From: Eledone cirrhosa
Taxonomy: Eukaryota
Length of the DNA: 64,000 bases
Assembly (NCBI GenBank): GCA_964016885.1
Contig: OZ024766.1
Coordinates: 18,042,001-18,106,000, forward strand
Reading direction: 5' to 3'
Part shown: one piece after another, positions 59,795-64,000 of the stretch
How positions within the stretch are numbered: position 1 is the stretch's first letter
Layout: the number at the start of each line of letters is the position of its first letter
Made by a program: the position numbers and the translations under genes
Notes under the pieces: generated by a model
Databases searched by the model: none
What the model saw: the letters and a program-made list of their open reading frames with translations, nothing else
What the model was told of the DNA's origin: nothing

Positions 59795-60250
59795 GGTGTG
59801 TGTATGTATATATAGGTGTATATATATATGTATATATAGGTGTGTATATATATATATATATATATACCATATATATATATATATACAGTATATATACCAT
59901 ATATATATACAGTATATATACCATATATATATATATATATATATTTAATATTGATTTTTTTATATTTAATTTTGTCTTTCCCTTCCACCACCACCACCAC
60001 CACCAACACCGCCAACACCACCGCCACCACCAGACAAACAAAGGCAGAGAGGGAGTCCCTGGACAAATATCAGTTAAAGAAGAGGGAAGTGCTGAGCGCC
60101 AAACAGAACCTCTTGGATGAGGTGAGAGAGGCATGGATGGAAACAAACATAAAACATGATATAGCTATTCAGAAGTACTCAGAGATGCTTGAAGAGGTGA
60201 ATCTTTCTTTTTCGACATATGTGGAACATAACTTAACACAGGTTTCATAA
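34825..60250 (+). CDS. NUF2: Kinetochore protein Nuf2 (NDC80 complex), about 439 aa; join(34825-34914,35840-35914,41616-41707,43713-43774,44810-44907,47135-47245,51281-51400,54807-55069,57376-57567,60034-60250)
   Basis: 10 GT-AG exons total 1320 nt in frame. N-terminal Nuf2 CH-domain signatures MSQFSFPVL...[31 protein letters not shown]...SACINFLRF, then coiled coil containing IVQSPEK. Confidence 0.88.
35840..35914 (+). CDS. NUF2: NUF2 coding exon 2 ([25 protein letters not shown])
   Basis: tttcag/gtaagt, 75 nt. Confidence 0.85.
36167..39545 (-). mobile_element. Non-autonomous Helitron-like element with duplicated 3' end and internal minisatellite
   Basis: CCCGTGCAACGCCGGG hairpin + CTAG|T ends at 36167 and 36278; ATATAAAGTTGTAG...TGTCTGT 5'-like end near 39545; internal direct and inverted repeats. 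Confidence 0.65.
37320..39320. repeat. 39/36-bp two-variant minisatellite
   Basis: GATAAGTCCTCTCCTATAT core; mostly 39-mers at both ends and 36-mers in the middle. Confidence 0.95.
39546..41545 (-). mobile_element. Two tandem 5'-truncated RTE 3' ends with 3' UTR and (GAT)n tails; five about 139-bp repeats in the first UTR
   Basis: ORF ends at 40486-40800 and about 41205-41522 ([12 protein letters not shown]...GRPRKTW); UTR with GGAAGGGCATCCAG; tails at about 39546 and 40826. Confidence 0.85.
41616..41707 (+). CDS. NUF2: NUF2 coding exon 3 ([30 protein letters not shown])
   Basis: cacag/gtaagt, 92 nt. Confidence 0.88.
41780..43688. repeat. 48-bp minisatellite filling almost the whole intron after NUF2 coding exon 3
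   Basis: ACACCCAGTACACTCTGTAAAGTGGTAGTGTTGGTGTCATGATATAAT. Confidence 0.95.
43713..43774 (+). CDS. NUF2: NUF2 coding exon 4 ([20 protein letters not shown])
   Basis: caacag/gtaagt, 62 nt. Confidence 0.88.
43830..44613 (+). mobile_element. SINE-VNTR composite, about 11 units
   Basis: Full head 43830-44000, array, GGAAGGGCATCCAG tail part. Confidence 0.85.
44614..44766 (-). mobile_element. Short RTE ORF2 fragment, different subfamily
   Basis: Reverse [44 protein letters not shown]. Confidence 0.75.
44810..44907 (+). CDS. NUF2: NUF2 coding exon 5 ([32 protein letters not shown])
   Basis: ctcag/gtaagt, 98 nt. Confidence 0.88.
44959..45538. mobile_element. About 560-bp dispersed element, copy 3, with internal inversion
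   Basis: 44959-45313 colinear with copy 1; 45313-45538 is the reverse complement of the remainder. Confidence 0.75.
45728..47062 (-). mobile_element. SINE-VNTR composite lacking its tail, about 24 units
   Basis: Head at 46890-47062 reversed, 49-bp array. Confidence 0.85.
47135..47245 (+). CDS. NUF2: NUF2 coding exon 6 (ESSKMRSIK...EPDMAY)
   Basis: cccag/gtgagt, 111 nt. Confidence 0.85.
47300..51262. repeat. 72-bp minisatellite in two blocks (47300-49675, 50470-51262) split by about 800 bp containing a 43-bp repeat and SINE pieces
   Basis: Period 72; source of the spurious 741-aa ORF. Confidence 0.95.
51281..51400 (+). CDS. NUF2: NUF2 coding exon 7 (LMKETEEIK...IRASN)
   Basis: ttccag/gtaagt, 120 nt. 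Confidence 0.85.
51480..51835. repeat. 33-bp minisatellite
   Basis: GCTGATCAGTGGATCAGCTAATATGCAAATC(A/T)G. Confidence 0.9.
51904..51952 (+). ncRNA. Type I hammerhead motif, sense strand of NUF2 intron
   Basis: AGCTGTA-CTGATGA-A-GGGT gatc ACCC-A-GAA-ACA ttag TGT-C-TGCAGTT. Confidence 0.75.
52132..52176 (+). ncRNA. Minimal type I hammerhead motif, sense strand of NUF2 intron
   Basis: AGTCA-CTGAAGA-g GTCACA gagtg TGTGAC-GAAA-GGAC-TA-TGACT. Confidence 0.7.
52255..52830. repeat. Five about 75-bp units separated by variable (TA)n
   Basis: AATTGAAGTGAAAGCAACTGGTGCGTG...CCCAAAGTATAAC. Confidence 0.9.
53157..54666 (-). mobile_element. Full-length SINE-VNTR composite, about 25 units
   Basis: Head 54495-54666, array 53262-54494, RTE-like tail and (GAT)n. 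Confidence 0.85.
54807..55069 (+). CDS. NUF2: NUF2 coding exon 8 (AQKKCEIVK...IVQSPEK...LNRA)
   Basis: tttcag/gtgagt, 263 nt. Confidence 0.88.
55078..57237 (+). repeat. 2.1-kb G/T low-complexity tract
   Basis: GTGGTGTGGGGGTT-like units, almost no C. Confidence 0.95.
57376..57567 (+). CDS. NUF2: NUF2 coding exon 9 ([11 protein letters not shown]...YPQNT)
   Basis: Long pyrimidine tract + accag, donor gtaagt, 192 nt; not in ORF track. Confidence 0.85.
57620..58866. repeat. 48-bp minisatellite related to the 49-bp VNTR unit
   Basis: GACACCTACATGACCACTTTACAGTGTGGACTGGGTGCTGTTTGTTGT. Confidence 0.95.
58875..58986 (-). mobile_element. Inverted copy of the hammerhead-bearing segment 51832-51944, ending at the predicted cleavage site
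   Basis: About 110 bp of high similarity by eye; reverse strand CTGATGA-A-GGGT aatc ACCC-A-GAAACATTAGTGTA, then unrelated sequence. Confidence 0.75.
60034..60250 (+). CDS. NUF2: NUF2 probable last coding exon ([13 protein letters not shown]...HNLTQVS*)
   Basis: caccag acceptor, open to TAA at 60248-60250; possible internal donors at 60121 and 60196 make the 3' end less certain. Confidence 0.75.
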
Positions 60251-60364
60251 ATAACACTTTAACCCCCTTTTTTTTTACATCACATAACATAACGGTGCCC
60301 CAGCATGGCCTCAGCCGGATGGCTGAAACAGGTAGAAGAGTAAAAGAGTAACATATTTGGTGTG

Positions 60365-61850
60365 TGGAACGTAACTTAACACAGGTTTCAGATAAATATA
60401 AACACTTTAACCCTTTCATTGCCATATTTCTAATGGAACATAACTTAACAAAGGTTCTTGCATAAATATAAACACTTTAACCCTTTCATTGCCATATTTC
60501 TAATGGAACATAACTTAACAAAGGTTCTTACATAAATATAAACACTTTAACCCTTTCATTATCATATTTCTAATGGAACATAACTTAACAAAGGTTCTTG
60601 CATAAATATAAACACTTTAACCCTTTCATTGCCATATTTCTAATGGAACATAACTTCACAAAGGTTCTTACATAAATATAAACACTTTAACCCTTTCATT
60701 GCCATATTTCTAATGGAACATAACTTCACAAAGGTTCTTACATAAATATAAACACTTTAACCCTTTCATTATCATATTTCTAATGGAACATAACTTAACA
60801 AAGGTTCTTGCATAAATATAAACACTTTAACCCTTTCATTATCATATTTCTAATGGAACATAACTTCACAAAGGTTCTTACATAAATATAAACACTTTAA
60901 CCCTTTCATTATCATATTTCTAATGGAACATAACTTAACAAAGGTTCTTGCATAAATATAAACACTTTAACCCTTTCATTGCCATATTTCTAATGGAACA
61001 TAACTTCACAAAGGTTCTTACATAAATATAAACACTTTAACCCTTTCATTGCCATATTTCTAATGGAACATAACTTCACAAAGGTTCTTACATAAATATA
61101 AACACTTTAACCCTTTCATTGACATATTTCTAATGGAACATAACTTAACAAAGGTTCTTACATAAATATAAACACTTTAACCCTTTCATTGCCATATTTC
61201 TAATGGAACATAACTTAACAAAGGTTCTTACATAAATATAAACACTTTAACCCTTTCATTACCATATTTCTAATGGAACATAACTTAACAAAGGTTCTTA
61301 CATAAATATAAACACTTTAACCCTTTCATTGTCATATTTCTAATGGAACATAACTTAACAAAGGTTCTTACATAAATATAAACACTTTAACCCTTTCATT
61401 GCCATATTTCTAATGGAACATAACTTAACAAAGGTTCTTACATAAATATAAACACTTTAACCCTTTCATTGCCATATTTCTAATGGAACATAACTTAACA
61501 AAGGTTCTTACATAAATATAAACACTTTAACCCTTTCATTGCCATATTTCTAATGGAACATAACTTAACAAAGGTTCTTACATAAATATAAACACTTTAA
61601 CCCTTTCATTGCCATATTTCTAATGGAACATAACTTAACAAAGGTTCTTACATAAATATAAACACTTTAACCCTTTCATTGCCATATTTCTAATGGAACA
61701 TAACTTAACAGAGGTTTCATAAACATTTTAACCATAACATATTTTGTGTGTGGCACATAACTTAACACAGGTTTCAGATAAATATAAACACTTTAACCCT
61801 TTCATCACCATATTTCTAAAGGAACATAACTTAACAAAGGTTATTACATA
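60365..61850. repeat. 70-bp minisatellite downstream of the NUF2 stop
   Basis: TAATGGAACATAACTTAACAAAGGTTCTTACATAAATATAAACACTTTAACCCTTTCATTGCCATATTTC. Confidence 0.95.
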
Positions 61851-61854
61851 AAAT

Positions 61855-64000
61855 GATGTGATCTCTCAATCCAGTGATTCTTTCCTGAGACATTCTAACC
61901 ACATGTCCATAGTATCAGAGCTGTGATCTCTCAATTCAGAGAAGTAACAGCTCTACCTGGAGTGACTCTCCAGTGATTCTTTCCTGAGACATTCTAACCA
62001 CATGTCCATAGTATCAGAGCTGTGGTCTCTCAATTCAGAGAAATAGCAGCTCTACCTGGAGTGACTCTCCAGTGATTCTTACCTGAGACATTCTAACCAC
62101 ATGTCCATAGTATCAGAGCTGTGATCTCTCAATTCAGAGAAGTAGCAGCTCTACCTGGAGTGACTCTCTAGTGATTCTTACCTGAGACATTCTAACCACA
62201 TGTCATAGTATCAGAGCTGTGGTCTCTCAATTCAGAGAAGTAGCAGCTCTACCTGGAGTGACTCTCCAGTGGTTCTTTCCTGAGACATTCTAACCACATG
62301 TCCATAGTATCAGAGCTGTGGTCTCTCAATTCAGAGAAGTAGCAACTCTACCTGGAGTGACTCTCCAGTGATTCTTTCCTGAGACATTCTAACCACATGT
62401 CCATAGTATCAGAGCTGTGGTCTCTCAATTCAGAGAAATAGCAGCTCTACCTGGAGTGACTCTCCAGTGATTCTTACCTGAGACATTCTAACCACATGTC
62501 CATAGTATCAGAGCTGTGATCTCTCAATTCAGAGAAGTAGCAGCTCTACCTGGAGTGACTCTCCACTGATTCTTTCCTGAGACATTCTAACCACATGTCC
62601 ATAGTATCAGAGCTGTGGTCTCTCAATTCAGAGAAGTAGCAGCTCTACCTGGAGTGACTCTCCAGTGATTCTTACCTGAGACATTCTAACCACATGTCCA
62701 TAGTATCACAGCTGTGATCTCTCAATTCAGAGAAGTAGCAGCTCTACCTGGAGTGACTCTCCAGTGATTCTTTCCTGAGACATTCTAACCACATGTCCAT
62801 AGTATCAGAGCTGTGATCTCTCAATTCAGAGAAGTAGCAGCTCTACCTGGAGTGACTCTCCAGTGATTCTTTACTGAGACATTCTAACCACATGTCCATA
62901 GTATCAGAGCTGTGATCTCTCAATTCAGAGAAGTAGCAGCTCTACCTGGAGTGACTCTCCAGTGATTCTTACCTGAGACATTCTAACCACATGTCCATAG
63001 TATCAGAGCTGTGATCTCTCAATTCAGAGAAGTAGCAGCTCTACCTGGAGTGACTCTCTAGTGATTCTCTAGTGATTCTTACCTGAGACATTCTAACCAC
63101 ATGTCCATAGTATCAGAGCTGTGATCTCTCAATTCAGAGAAGTAACTGCTCTACCTGGAGTGACTCTCCAGTGATTCTTACCTGAGACATTCTAACCACA
63201 TGTCCATAGTATCAGAGCTGTGATCTCTCAATTCAGAGAAGTAGCAGCTCTACCTGGAGTGACTCTCTAGTGATTCTCTAGTGATTCTTACCTGAGACAT
63301 TCTAACCACATGTCCATAGTATCAGAGCTGTGATCTCTCAATTCAGAGAAGTAATAGCTCTACCTGGAGTGACTCTCCAGTGATTCTTACCTGAGACATT
63401 CTAACCACATGTCCATAGTATCAGAGCTGTGGTCTCTCAATCCAGAGAAGTAGCAGCTCTACCTGGAGTGACTCTCCAGTGATTCTTTCCTGAGACATTC
63501 TAACCACATGTCTGTAGTATCAGAGCTGTGATCTCTCAATTCAGAGAAGTAGCAGCTCTACCTGGAGTGACTCTCTAGTGATTCTTACCTGAGACATTCT
63601 AACCACATGTCATAGTATCAGAGCTGTGGTCTCTCAATTCAGAGAAGTAGCAGCTCTACCTGGAGTGACTCTCCAGTGGTTCTTTCCTGAGACATTCTAA
63701 CCACATGTCCACAGTATCAGAGCTGTGGTCTCTCAATTCAGAGAAGTAGCAGCTCTACCTGGAGTGACTCTCCAGTGATTCTTACCTGAGACATTCTAAC
63801 CACATGTCCATAGTATCAGAGCTGTGATCTCTCAATTCAGAGAAGTAGCAGCTCTACCTGGAGTGACTCTCCAGTGATTCTTTCCTGAGACATTCTAACC
63901 ACATGTCCATAGTATCAGGGCTGTGATCTCTCAATTCAGAGAAGTAGCAGCTCTACCTGGAGTGACTCTCCAGTGATTCTTTCCTGAGACATTCTAACCA
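61855..64000. repeat. 99-bp minisatellite running off the window end
   Basis: Period 99 (61871 to 61970). Confidence 0.95.

Noticed and set aside
61855-64000. 99-bp (33-codon) coding repeat or micro-exon array on the - strand
   Set aside because: All three reverse frames have a stop in the unit, the ORF track shows nothing on either strand, and splice-like sites lack pyrimidine tracts

Overview
Repeat-saturated animal genomic DNA. The myosin sequence, SINE types and microsatellite load point to a mollusc, most likely a cephalopod such as Octopus (inference). Nearly all supplied ORFs are microsatellite or minisatellite artefacts; the real genes are spliced and were rebuilt by hand from GT-AG junctions. 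(1) 1536-21516 (+): 3' part of a muscle myosin II heavy chain gene, with 10 in-frame rod exons and three candidate alternative tailpiece exons. (2) 34825-60250 (+): a complete 10-coding-exon, about 439-aa NUF2 kinetochore gene, with a candidate E2F/CHR promoter near 29.7 kb and a uORF. The rest is LINE fragments (Tx1/L1, RTE, RTEX, R4/Dong, Penelope), tRNA-derived SINEs including a SINE-VNTR composite, Helitrons and many minisatellites. The most notable non-coding signal is about 10 type I hammerhead ribozyme motifs of different sequence, including two adjacent 116-bp palindromes built from hammerhead parts. All calls are by eye; no database search or folding program was run.
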